IMG/VR virus record: IMGVR_UViG_3300027747_002377
Location: 1-64,000 of that record
Strand: one strand, 5' to 3'
Length of the DNA: 64,000 nt
From: a virus
Shown here piece by piece: positions 17,284-27,440 of the stretch. The notes under the pieces are model-generated. The model ran no database searches. It saw nothing but the letters and a program-made list of their open reading frames with translations, and was not told the origin of the DNA. The translations under genes and the position numbers were made by a program. Every line of letters begins with the position of its first letter. Position 1 is the first letter of the stretch.

Positions 17284-18912
17284 TTATTTAATGTGAGGAA
17301 TAAGTTGCTGCCAGCTCTGAGCTTGTGGTACCCCTAAGGCAGTACTTGCTTGCTCAAGTGAGCCGTGTTTATGCTTTAAGTATTCTACAGGATTCTCTTT
17401 TTTGATACGTTGTTCTGCGGCTTTTTGAAAAAGTTTTTTTGTCGCATAGCCTGCAGCAACAGCAGTACCTACACCTAAAGCAGCAATGCCAGCGACCGTC
17501 GCAGTGGAGGGGGTACCAATTAATACTGGTCGAGAAATCTTTCTCATTGCTTCATCTAGTTCTCCAACTTGTTTTGCTGCTTCGCTGGTGTATTGTTTTG
17601 CTCTAGAAAGACGATTTTCTAACGTCTGAACTTCAGGAGAAGGGATATTTGCTTTAAGTTCATTTCTTGCGGAAGAAATAACTTGTTCTTTTCTTTTCTT
17701 TAAAGTTTCTATCCGCGCTGATAGCTTGCCAATATCTGCTTCTGGGTATTCTTTTGATGGCACTGAGCCAGGGGGTAAATACCTAATTCCTTCAAGAGCA
17801 TTCTGGCCAGTGGGTCCAAGCTCAATAGGAGGATTTGGAGATATGGTTTTTTTAATTCTGTACTCAAGTTTAGAAACTTCTGAATCAATTTTGTTATAAA
17901 TTCTGCCACGGTGTAAAGCTTTTTTGCTTGGTTTTTGGTACCTAGACTCAGGCGTTACTCCTAGATCTGCTAACTTATTTTCTACTCTTTCTATGATTCG
18001 TTTTCCAGTCGATTGTTTTTGTCTGGCGCCAGAAAGTTGCTCTCCTATGTCTTCCCGTTGTTTTACGGTAGCTGGTGAAACATCAGGACCCTCCATATAG
18101 CGTGCACGTTTTGCGGCCTCAGGAAGTGCGCTATAAGCTAATGCAGACGCACCCAATCCAGCAGCAGTTCCAATTATTCCGCTTGCGGTAATTGGCATTC
18201 CTTTAATTCTTATTTCCGGATCGTTTAATCCTTTTGCTGTGCCACGAACTAACCCACCTATGGTTGTAAAAGATTGCCCTTCAGGATCAATACCAATCAA
18301 TTTACCGGGTTCCGGTTTATAGTTTTCATAACGTCGATATTGTGTGTATGTAGAAGGAGCCACATCAGGACGTTCTTTTTTAAATTCTTGGTACGGTAAT
18401 ATTTGACTACGTTGTCCTAGCCCGTAGCGCAAGGTTGCTTCAAGTAAAGGAGATTGAGAAGTGCGTCCGGTGGGATCTTCTTCTTTTGAAACAGGTGCAA
18501 CAGCTTTATAGCCAAGTGGCCGCAAGCCTTGTTGTACGGGGCCACGTACATTGCTAAGAGCAAGGAGCGTAAGTGGCGCCAGCTTTCCCAGAGTTGCGCC
18601 TGTAACTGGGTCCATGCCTACGGTCTCTGCAACTCTTTTGCCTAGATCTCCAGCCATGCGAGGAACGTTTGTATATTTCCAAACATTCTTCAAACTGGCA
18701 TCAGTTAAAAGATCACCAACAGCTGTAGCCGCAATTTTTTGTGGGTTAGAAGCAATGTCCTTTAAAGATGAAAGTACGCTACCAGATTTAGAACCGAACC
18801 CATATTTACTTTGATATATAGACGAACGTAGTTCATCGGCCGCTGAATGAACAAACTTCTGAACAGATGCAAGACTGTTTGTTAAGTAATTTGTAACAGT
18901 ATTGACATTCAT
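17284..18912 (-). CDS. Putative internal virion protein with two hydrophobic segments
   Basis: 542-aa ORF, TM-like Gly/Ala stretches flanking a coiled coil. Confidence 0.55.
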   Translation of the reverse strand: MNVNTVTNYLTNSLASVQKFVHSAADELRSSIYQSKYGFGSKSGSVLSSLKDIASNPQKIAATAVGDLLTDASLKNVWKYTNVPRMAGDLGKRVAETVGMDPVTGATLGKLAPLTLLALSNVRGPVQQGLRPLGYKAVAPVSKEEDPTGRTSQSPLLEATLRYGLGQRSQILPYQEFKKERPDVAPSTYTQYRRYENYKPEPGKLIGIDPEGQSFTTIGGLVRGTAKGLNDPEIRIKGMPITASGIIGTAAGLGASALAYSALPEAAKRARYMEGPDVSPATVKQREDIGEQLSGARQKQSTGKRIIERVENKLADLGVTPESRYQKPSKKALHRGRIYNKIDSEVSKLEYRIKKTISPNPPIELGPTGQNALEGIRYLPPGSVPSKEYPEADIGKLSARIETLKKRKEQVISSARNELKANIPSPEVQTLENRLSRAKQYTSEAAKQVGELDEAMRKISRPVLIGTPSTATVAGIAALGVGTAVAAGYATKKLFQKAAEQRIKKENPVEYLKHKHGSLEQASTALGVPQAQSWQQLIPHIK

Positions 18913-19463
18913 TAGCCGTATTGAGGAGAATTTGCGGACACTATTCTATACATTGTATCTAGATCGGCGCTTGGATTGCGGTGTACAATTTCTGTTGGTG
19001 CGCGATAGTTTTTAGCCATGGCTAGAGCAATTTCGTTATTGTAACGTTGTTGCTCAAGGTCTGCATGATATTGTTGCATCTGCATTAAATCATTACCAGA
19101 AGCATAGGGCTGCTGATGTGATTCTGGTGTGATTATATTTGAAACTGCGTGAGACAACGGAGTTGCTGCAATCTGACCAGTTAGATTAGCCACTGAAGCA
19201 GGTACCCCAAGTGCTTCCATCCCACTGGAAATAGGTGCAGCAATACCTGAATGTACTGCCGCATTAATTAAAGATTGAGGTATTGTCCGTTGTGGTTGTT
19301 GATTTACAAGACGTGGCAATACTTGCTGAGTAGCGGCGCCAACAGCAGTATCAAGTGCTACTTGTGTACCAAGTGCTGAAAGCGTAGCTGGATTACTGAA
19401 ATGTGCCTTCATGGCTTGTCCAGCCATTCGTGCGCCAGATAGGATTGAGGATAGAGGGTTCAT
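18912..19463 (-). CDS. Putative internal virion protein
   Basis: Ala/Gln-rich, RMAGQ motif. Confidence 0.5.
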   Translation of the reverse strand: MNPLSSILSGARMAGQAMKAHFSNPATLSALGTQVALDTAVGAATQQVLPRLVNQQPQRTIPQSLINAAVHSGIAAPISSGMEALGVPASVANLTGQIAATPLSHAVSNIITPESHQQPYASGNDLMQMQQYHADLEQQRYNNEIALAMAKNYRAPTEIVHRNPSADLDTMYRIVSANSPQYG

Positions 19464-19924
19464 GAGGTGGCTACTCCATTGCTGCCTGGAATTTTTCCTG
19501 CTATTACTTTACTAGGCATATCCATTGGTTGCTTACTTTGAAATGCAGAAATTGTTGATAAATCTACTTTGTCTTCTTCTGGTATGAGCCCACGATTGAC
19601 GCCAGAGGCGTATTTATTTGCCCAATCTGTTGCAAGTTCTACGTTGCGAGGATCTTTAAATTTTGGTTTCCCATCAGCATTGTCAAATTTTTCTTGTGAT
19701 GCCATGGCTGTATCCGCACTAAAAATAGCACGATTAATAAAATTTCTTCCTACTGTAGATTCACGTGCTTCAACGTAAGGATTATTTTTTGTATAACGTG
19801 ATAAAAACTTTTGTGGGTCATTTAACACATCAGGATATGGACCAGTGGTACCTGAATAAACAGGCTGACCGTCGCGCACAGCTTGGTCTCTTACCCCAAA
19901 ATTATGACTATAATACTGAGTCAT
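19460..19924 (-). CDS. Hypothetical protein
   Basis: ORF in operon. Confidence 0.6.
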   Translation of the reverse strand: MTQYYSHNFGVRDQAVRDGQPVYSGTTGPYPDVLNDPQKFLSRYTKNNPYVEARESTVGRNFINRAIFSADTAMASQEKFDNADGKPKFKDPRNVELATDWANKYASGVNRGLIPEEDKVDLSTISAFQSKQPMDMPSKVIAGKIPGSNGVATS

Positions 19925-19929
19925 TTTTT

Positions 19930-20133
19930 TTATTTATTTTCTCTGTGCTTGCGTAGTTTACTTAGGGTCTTTGCCAGGTTAGCTTGTTTAACGGTGGTCT
20001 TATCATATTTTTCAGGATTTGCAGTCACCTGTGCGGCAAGTTCTTTTGTAGACATGCCGCGTTCTTCTGCTTTTTTAGTAAAGGCGCCGGGATGTTTGAT
20101 TGCGCCTTGTATCCAGTTCTTGTCTTCAGCCAC
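19930..20133 (-). CDS. Small basic phage protein (KNWIQGAIKHPGA type)
   Basis: Motif recognisable as a common phage hypothetical. Confidence 0.6.
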   Translation of the reverse strand: MAEDKNWIQGAIKHPGAFTKKAEERGMSTKELAAQVTANPEKYDKTTVKQANLAKTLSKLRKHRENK

Positions 20134-20135
20134 GG

Positions 20136-20585
20136 TTACTTAGCAAGTAAAGATTTAACGTAAGAAATACCAACTTTTTTATTTACAAGACCATTTACGA
20201 CTTCAGTGATTTGCTTGGCAGCAAGCACTTGAGGTACTTCATATGCGGACTTGGAATATTGACGAACTTTGTCTGCTGCTTTTTGTGGCAACCAACGTTC
20301 GGCAATTAAGATTGAAATATCTTTTACTTCTTTTGGTGTAAGCGTACCGTCGCTGACGGCTTCTACTGTAAGTTGAATAGCTTGGTCAATATCCGAACCG
20401 TTCCATTTTGATAGGTTCCTATCCAGGATTGGATCGACAATATCGTAAGCTTTCTTGATTACTGGACCGTACTTAAGGATATTAGATGCAACCTTAAGGC
20501 GATTGAATTTAGTAACTGCAACCGTAATTCCAGCTCCCACCAGGAGGAAAAAAGCTGGTATAAGAATTGGTTCGAGTCCTGTCAC
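20136..20585 (-). CDS. Membrane-anchored protein (holin-like candidate)
   Basis: Single N-terminal TM helix. Confidence 0.45.
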   Translation of the reverse strand: MTGLEPILIPAFFLLVGAGITVAVTKFNRLKVASNILKYGPVIKKAYDIVDPILDRNLSKWNGSDIDQAIQLTVEAVSDGTLTPKEVKDISILIAERWLPQKAADKVRQYSKSAYEVPQVLAAKQITEVVNGLVNKKVGISYVKSLLAK

Positions 20586-20627
20586 GGCAATTCCTCAGTT
20601 TTGTTCATTCTAGCCTTAGTATGCCGT

Positions 20628-22973
20628 TTAATACGGATTGAGTTTGGTACCGATGCCAATGTTTTTCATAATTCCTGAAACCGTTTCATCGGATGGTCCG
20701 GGTATGCCTACTGGGACTTGACTTGTTTCTGAGCGCATTACACCACGAGAACGTGCTCGGCCTGCAAGGTGGCCAAAATTCTCAAGTCCTACTTGTCCTG
20801 TAGAGGTATTACGTGCAACTCCCATTAAAGTATTAAGTGCTCCATAAGCAAGTTGCGGATCATTTGCAACTGCCATGTGTATACCAGACTGGCGTAAGGC
20901 GTTATCAAATTGTTGGGCCAGCATTGGATAAGCAGATTTGCTTATACCTTTTGTATTAAAAAGTTTATTTGCGGCGTCAATAAATTCAGGATTTCTGTTT
21001 TCTATTACGCGACCATATTTAGTAACTGTGTGCGGATCAGGTAACTCTATTCCATTTGCTGCTGCATGTTGTTGTGCAACGTTTGCAAAAATAGCGTGAG
21101 CTTGATCCCCGATGCGTCGTCGGAAATCATTGGTGGTCATTGGGACTAAACCACCTTCTGTTTTTAAATGCAGAACTTGACTTGAGCTTTGTGGGCCAAG
21201 AAGTGAATTAAATGCTTTTACTCTATCTGAACTTGTTGCGTTTTCATATGTTCTTGCTGATATTTCTGGATCAGATCCTGTTGTTTGACCAGTAAAGCCT
21301 GCATACTCAATTCTTCCTTCAGCAAGGGCTTCTTTGTCAAGTGCGCTTACGTTACGCATTGTCCGACCGCCAGAGGCTGAAATAACTGCGGAAGGATTTG
21401 CAACTTCCGGAGTTACACCGTGTACATACTCAGAACTAAGGGTTTCACGTGATGCGCCTTGACGACCTTGTTTGGTTAGGCCAGCCACGTTTTCTTCTAC
21501 ATAACGATCAAGAAGATCTTTAGGAGTAGCGCCCCTTACTTCACCAGTACCAACTTCCATTGTGCGTCCGGTAAATTTAGTTTGCCCCGGATCAAATGTT
21601 TCTCCGCCAAGTGCAACATTACCTGTTTTCTCATAAGCTTTTTGCATTATATGGGAAAGCTCACCACTACTAACTGCGGCGTGCGCTTGATCAAGTGAAA
21701 TACGTTCTCCAGTTTTTGCAAAAACTTCTGCAACAAGGTTTGCAGCTTTCAAATCTTCTGGAGAAACATTACGTTCAGGCCTTGCACCACGGGTATACCA
21801 TGGGTCTCTGATTTCTCCTTTAATTGTTTGTACTGGAGGAAGTTCAAACCTACCTTCCCTTGCTTTCCGAGTATGTTCTCCTGTCCATGGATCGGCTTGT
21901 TGCGTTAAACCAGAAATAAATGAATCAACTTTATCTATTGTTGAAGGAACAGTAGCTGAAGTTTGTTGTGAGACGTTAAAAAGTTCCGGCTGCACTACAT
22001 TTGCACTTTGACCAGTTAAGGTTTCTCCGCTTGATGGTTCAACTCCAGCTAGGGAACGCATCCGCGCCAAAGCATCAACTTTAGGCATTTCTGAAAGTTC
22101 TAATTGAACTGGGTCTGCTGGGTCAACGCCACGACGAATTTCTTCAAACGTTAAACCTGCTTTACGTTTATTTGCTACATCAAGAAGACGTGCAGTAGCT
22201 TCTGACCGTTGTTGTTGTGCAACAATGTCGCCGGTCTGTTCTGGAGCAAATGTCTGGCTTGAAGTGATTACTTCGCTTTCAGTTACAGGTTTTGTACTTA
22301 AAACCTCACGAACAGGCGATCCAACCGGAGATCCTTTTGCAATTTGTACTTCTTGGGTTGAAACTGGCACATCTGCTTGGTTGTAACGTTGTGCAGTTGT
22401 TGGAGGGGTTACATCGCCAGAATTACGGATTGTGTCTGGATCAACGCCACGGTCTATCCCTAATCCCCCTAAGAAGCTTGAAACACGGTTACCAATATTT
22501 TGTGCGCTTTGTTTAATGGTTGCGCCAGCATTTTGTACAGCTTGACGACCTTCTGGAGTAACAGCAAGTGCAACGCCACCTGCAACAAGTCCGGCGCCAA
22601 GTGCTGCACGACCTAAATTACGAACTAAATTATGTTGTTGTGCTTCATCTTCAATGCGATCTGATTCTTGATTAATATAGTGTTCGCCAGTAAGTGTTGC
22701 GTCGTGTGTACCTACAACTTTTGAAACGTTGTTATCTGGCGTAACAGGTGAATGCAAAGCGCTATCTGCATCAAAGCGCTGCATAGAAACCGGCTGATCG
22801 TATACAATATTTGCGCCAGGGTTACTTAGAACCCTATTTGCCCCTGATTTACCAAAATTACGTACAAATTCATGTACATGAGGCGCCATCGCCATCTTTT
22901 CTTCTGGTGTTTGAGGGTATTTATTGCCTGTAGAGGACGCCCAGAGAGCAAAATCCTGCGGTGATACGGGCAT
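20628..22973 (-). CDS. Large putative internal virion protein
   Basis: 781 aa, one hydrophobic helix, first gene of the late operon. Confidence 0.55.
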   Translation of the reverse strand: MPVSPQDFALWASSTGNKYPQTPEEKMAMAPHVHEFVRNFGKSGANRVLSNPGANIVYDQPVSMQRFDADSALHSPVTPDNNVSKVVGTHDATLTGEHYINQESDRIEDEAQQHNLVRNLGRAALGAGLVAGGVALAVTPEGRQAVQNAGATIKQSAQNIGNRVSSFLGGLGIDRGVDPDTIRNSGDVTPPTTAQRYNQADVPVSTQEVQIAKGSPVGSPVREVLSTKPVTESEVITSSQTFAPEQTGDIVAQQQRSEATARLLDVANKRKAGLTFEEIRRGVDPADPVQLELSEMPKVDALARMRSLAGVEPSSGETLTGQSANVVQPELFNVSQQTSATVPSTIDKVDSFISGLTQQADPWTGEHTRKAREGRFELPPVQTIKGEIRDPWYTRGARPERNVSPEDLKAANLVAEVFAKTGERISLDQAHAAVSSGELSHIMQKAYEKTGNVALGGETFDPGQTKFTGRTMEVGTGEVRGATPKDLLDRYVEENVAGLTKQGRQGASRETLSSEYVHGVTPEVANPSAVISASGGRTMRNVSALDKEALAEGRIEYAGFTGQTTGSDPEISARTYENATSSDRVKAFNSLLGPQSSSQVLHLKTEGGLVPMTTNDFRRRIGDQAHAIFANVAQQHAAANGIELPDPHTVTKYGRVIENRNPEFIDAANKLFNTKGISKSAYPMLAQQFDNALRQSGIHMAVANDPQLAYGALNTLMGVARNTSTGQVGLENFGHLAGRARSRGVMRSETSQVPVGIPGPSDETVSGIMKNIGIGTKLNPY

Positions 22974-23652
22974 CTTATTTAAATTCTTTGATATATCTGA
23001 TTTTAAGCTCTATAAACATGCTGTGACCCCTATCGGCGCCTTAAAATAGGCCATTTTGGGGTAAAAATTACGGCAGGCATCAAGCAACTATAGCGCCAGA
23101 GGGTGGGCTGAAACAAAAAAAGAAAGGGTAGATGCACGGGTGCATTGGACGGTGCGTTAAGAGTAGGTTATACGTTATGTATGTGTGTAGGTTGAGGCTT
23201 CCTCTGCGCTTGGGAGCGTATGTTAAGACATTTGCTTCGATTGATAGTATATAGTGCTTCGATTAAAAATTTTATTCGATGGGTGAAGCAGGATTTGTGT
23301 TTCACCTGCTGCGTTTAAACCAGGTTTACCCTGTTATACTTCCCAAACCTTAATTTATATGCCCTTCTCCCTTATTCTCCCTCCAAATCCCTTCCAGCGC
23401 AACGCATCTCAGCGTTTCCGTCAGGTGGAAAGTGGCCAGCCAGGAAAATTCGGCAGGAGCTGTGGATATCTTTTCTTGCTTTAATTTTAACTACGTTTTT
23501 ATTTAGTATAACCTTTTGCTGCGTAAGATTTGTATTTATTCGGGAATTAAATTTTGTATTTAATACTACTTCGTTGTAGACGACTTCCTCCAGGCTTCGA
23601 TGCTTGGATGCAGTCCTCTTGACTGCAATCAATTCTACCAAAGCTAACTCCA
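22974..23652. promoter_or_regulatory. Divergent non-coding control region (late leftward, early rightward)
   Basis: Strand switch, no credible ORF, repeated TTTGTATTTA. Confidence 0.55.
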
Positions 23653-23877
23653 ATGAACAACACATCTCCTTTCCAAGATGCTTTCTTTGCTGCAGAAGAG
23701 GCTGCAGAAGAAGCTGCAATGAATGAGTTTATGGCTAAGAATGACGCCAACGCAACTCTTGCAAAGGTTGCATTCAAAGTTGCATTCACAGCTGCAGTAG
23801 CAGGTGTTGGATACCTTGCAACACGCCCCAGAGTAAAACGAGCAGTTGCTGAACTGTTCAAAGCTGAATCCGTTTAA
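23653..23877 (+). CDS. Early small protein with TM-like segment
   Basis: First ORF of the plus-strand array. Confidence 0.6.
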   Translation: MNNTSPFQDAFFAAEEAAEEAAMNEFMAKNDANATLAKVAFKVAFTAAVAGVGYLATRPRVKRAVAELFKAESV

Positions 23878-23999
23878 GCGGTCAGGGAGGTGCAATGCCT
23901 CCCGCAGCTCTTACCAACACTACGTTTTAATGTTTTGTTGGTTCTCTGAAGTAAGTTTTGTATTTAAACTTGCTTCGTTTTATCCTTTGCACCACCGGT

Positions 24000-24260
24000 A
24001 TGACCTCTACCACCGCTGTGTACAACATGATCCAGGATCTACGTATCCTGGCTCGCAGAGATTCCAGTGAGTATCACCCTATGGTTGATCGTGACCTGGA
24101 ACAATTCCGCCTCTCCTTCCTTGATGCCTTCGAGGCATTCATGGACCTAGGCAAAGGTGATCTCCAGCCATTCATTGTGGTTGGAAATAAGATCATCTCC
24201 AGTAACAAAGAGTTACTGAAATGGCTTAAGCATGAGCTTGAGCTAGAAGCTGACTGGTAA
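24000..24260 (+). CDS. Early hypothetical protein
   Basis: ATG 17 nt after a TCCTTTGCA box. Confidence 0.6.
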   Translation: MTSTTAVYNMIQDLRILARRDSSEYHPMVDRDLEQFRLSFLDAFEAFMDLGKGDLQPFIVVGNKIISSNKELLKWLKHELELEADW

Positions 24261-24335
24261 CCAGACCAGCGGGGAGGTTTGAGCCCTCCCTCAGTTATTG
24301 CCCAGTAATGGGCACCAACCAAACAGGAGTACCCA

Positions 24336-24530
24336 ATGCTTTCATGGTCACCAGAAGGTTGTCCTACTCACCGGGTTACCTGGTATGGAGGACAGTCAAC
24401 TCAAATACACTTTGAAATACTACAGAAAGACGAATGGCGCCAAGTGGATATCAAGACCTTAAATGAACTACCTACCGGCGTTAAAGAATTTCAAGAACTG
24501 CTTATTGACTGCTATCAAGATTTTGTCTGA
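24336..24530 (+). CDS. Early hypothetical protein
   Basis: AGGAG SD and ORF. Confidence 0.6.
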   Translation: MLSWSPEGCPTHRVTWYGGQSTQIHFEILQKDEWRQVDIKTLNELPTGVKEFQELLIDCYQDFV

Positions 24531-24605
24531 TAACACTTAAAGATTTATTAACTTACCCAATCGCAGCCTGGGTCAGGATGCTGCTTATTCCTTTGCTTTC
24601 ACAAC

Positions 24606-25013
24606 ATGTCTTCAGCTAACAACGGAATGATCGTCGGTACCATCGTGTCCGACATCATTCAACGTCAACCTAATGATCAACTCGCAGTAACACAATTCCG
24701 TGTTGCTCCAGTCGACGCCAGGAAAGAAGATTCTCCTATTCCATTAACTGCTTACAACGGTATTGGTACCAACATCGTTGATAAGTACAATCAAGGTGAT
24801 CTTGTAAGCGCTTCTTACAGATTGCGCTACCAAACCTGGCAAGACCCAGAAGGCAAGTATCTCAGCCGAATGGAAGTTGTAGTGACATCCATTACTACAA
24901 TCCGTCTCGGTAAGATCAGTACTGCCAAACGAGCAGAAGCTGCAGCTGGAACTGACAATCCAACTGAACCTCAGCTCAACATCCTAGAAGAAGCTAAACT
25001 CGCTTCTTTGTAA
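24606..25013 (+). CDS. ssb: Single-stranded DNA-binding protein (OB fold)
   Basis: SSB pattern: G.LVSASYRLRYQTWQD.EG. Confidence 0.7.
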   Translation: MSSANNGMIVGTIVSDIIQRQPNDQLAVTQFRVAPVDARKEDSPIPLTAYNGIGTNIVDKYNQGDLVSASYRLRYQTWQDPEGKYLSRMEVVVTSITTIRLGKISTAKRAEAAAGTDNPTEPQLNILEEAKLASL

Positions 25014-25204
25014 TAAATTTTCACTCTATAGGGTAGTTTTAGCATTTGTTGAAACTACTCCTTGGAATGAATTCTCCTACTGATGGTCACAAGAAGGAGA
25101 TCCTTTGATCCCTTTTCTGTGGTCCTCACCTGAGGCCCGCTGTGTGAAACTTAAGGTTTTCTTTATGTTTCCACACAACAAATCACTTCCTTTCCACTAA
25201 CAAC

Positions 25205-25444
25205 ATGTCCAAACCTTTCATTGCTTTCGTCGGACTCACACTGACCGGAACAGTAGCTTGGCTCAAACTCAACGAAGAACAGCAGGAACGCATCAAAGAA
25301 GTGATCAAGATTAACCGGCGCAAGCTTGCTAACCTGATTGCTCCAAGTGAAGATCTTGGTGACCTAACAAACGCAGTAGATCCTGCTGTCCTGGAAGAAA
25401 TTGCTGCATTCTGTAATGCAACTCCAGGCACAGAAGAAGCCTGA
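25205..25444 (+). CDS. Early hypothetical protein
   Basis: ORF with leader box. Confidence 0.55.
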   Translation: MSKPFIAFVGLTLTGTVAWLKLNEEQQERIKEVIKINRRKLANLIAPSEDLGDLTNAVDPAVLEEIAAFCNATPGTEEA

Positions 25445-25522
25445 CACCGCAACAATTTAATCATTTTTATGGAGTGAGTTTGTATTTAAGCTCGCTCCGT
25501 TTTATTCCTTTGCAATCAAACC

Positions 25523-25759
25523 ATGCAACGTCAAGACTACTCCTTTCTCTATCAGAAGAACAGCGACGGTTACCTCGTTACAATCCGTGGTGACTTTGCT
25601 GAAATGACCCGTGTGAACGTTGTTGAGAAACGTTCTCAATACATCAAACTGGAAGCTCCTGTCGATGTAATCCGCCAGTCAGTCAATCAACTGATCGGTC
25701 GAGGCTACCGACAAGTCAAAGCTCTTGAGCTAAGCTGGAGAGCACTCGCTTCCGATTGA
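25523..25759 (+). CDS. Early hypothetical protein
   Basis: ORF with leader box. Confidence 0.6.
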   Translation: MQRQDYSFLYQKNSDGYLVTIRGDFAEMTRVNVVEKRSQYIKLEAPVDVIRQSVNQLIGRGYRQVKALELSWRALASD

Positions 25760-25850
25760 CAATCACAAGAAGGGGCGTGAGTCTCATGAGTCTTACGCCT
25801 TTTCCTGTGGTTCTCACCATGAACCACAACCCATTTACAATCCTTTGCAA

Positions 25851-26063
25851 ATGAACCCTGTTATTGCCGCCATTGCGTCCGGTACTCTTCTCGGTTTCGG
25901 AACAACAATGGTTCTTCAAGATCTAATCAACGTTCACGTCTCCAAAAGCTGCAACACAACGCTAAACCAAATAGTTACCGTTCGTGGTGTAACTGGTGAC
26001 GCAAAATACTGCATCTCTACAAAACTTCTTCACGGTCCCAGTAACCTCAACCTAAATCAATGA
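25851..26063 (+). CDS. Early small membrane protein
   Basis: N-terminal TM helix, two Cys. Confidence 0.55.
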   Translation: MNPVIAAIASGTLLGFGTTMVLQDLINVHVSKSCNTTLNQIVTVRGVTGDAKYCISTKLLHGPSNLNLNQ

Positions 26064-26326
26064 TCGGTTTCTCAATTGAATTCAAACGCTGGTACTTTGT
26101 ACTACGTGGACCACTGGGTAGAGTTTATTTAACTGCCGGTTTTGCTTCAAGGCCGCCAGTTGTAATTCCTAGTGGCTTTACTACGTGGAAAGATTTTTTT
26201 GATAAGGAAGGACATGATTTGTGTTCACCTGACGAACAGCCTGAAGATACCTTAACTCAGTAACAACTATCCTGGCATTCAGCGCCAACCTGATGTAAGC
26301 CCAGGACATTCCTTTGCAACCTAACA

Positions 26327-26605
26327 ATGCTTAACTCTGGACAACAACTCGTGGCCAAGGTCATGGGTTACAACCCCCTCTCAGAAGAGGAAGGTGCAGA
26401 ACCTACAGACCTCTTCGCTTGCAACCTTCCTAACGACATCAGAGAAGGTTGGCCAGTTGTCAAATGGAAAGGCAACTGGTACAACGTTCCAACCATGGAG
26501 GAAGTAGAAGAGTGGACATTCGACTCAGTATGTTTCACCCCAGATGAAGATGAAGTCGAACCAGACGATCCGAAATCCTGGCTTTCAATCCTTGGAATGA
26601 TCTAA
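26327..26605 (+). CDS. Early acidic hypothetical protein
   Basis: VEPDDPKSWLSILGMI C-terminus, leader box. Confidence 0.6.
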   Translation: MLNSGQQLVAKVMGYNPLSEEEGAEPTDLFACNLPNDIREGWPVVKWKGNWYNVPTMEEVEEWTFDSVCFTPDEDEVEPDDPKSWLSILGMI

Positions 26606-27440
26606 CAACATGAACTTCATTGACGAACAACGCAATGCTGACATGCTTGATGCCCTGTCAGACATTGCAAACGAACAAGAAGCTGCAATGCGTGAGTCTG
26701 ATCAGTCTGACTGGGATGGTGTATGCGAAATCTCAGCAGACAAACGCAACGCCTGTGACAACTACAACGAAAGGTACGTCTTACCTGATTACAGGGTCTG
26801 ACCTTTCTAAATAGCTTAACCAAACCTTAATATCCGCAATCAACACAAATGAACTATGACTTCTACATTCCTGGTAACGTGTACGACTTAACAAATCGCT
26901 TACCTGCAGACAGGAATGGAGACCGTTTCGGTATGGTCTTATTCTTCCATCCAAAAGTTGGTTGGACCTGTGAGCCCTGGTCCGATGCAGCATACTTTCA
27001 AAGTGAAGGCTACACTTCATGGACTCACACTCCAACCATGCCAAAAGTTCTGATTCATTCTCCAATGCAATCAGATATAGCAAACCAAAACTTGATTGAA
27101 GGCTGACCTCTACTCCATTTCTAACGCCATGGACATCAAAGACATCACAATTGAAGATGACATCATTACAATCACAGCACTAATAGAAGATAAAGTCCTT
27201 CTGCGTCTTTCTGATAGTGTCAACCCAGCAGAATACGGTCCTGCAATCTGTACTGCTGTAATCGACATTACAGATGTACCAGATTGGATCAATCTATCTC
27301 TGCTATCACAAATCGAACGAATGCACGTCCTTAAAAGTCTTTTTAACTTTGACAAACTGGATTGGGAAGTAGTTGAGAATAATATTGACGATTTTAATGA
27401 CGTTTATTAATCACCACAACCTCACAAATTTTAATTAGAT

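Noticed and set aside
23372-23895. Minus-strand ORFs 23372..23719, 23547..23861 and 23644..23895
   Set aside because: They are shadows of the plus-strand early gene and control region, with no protein-like features.
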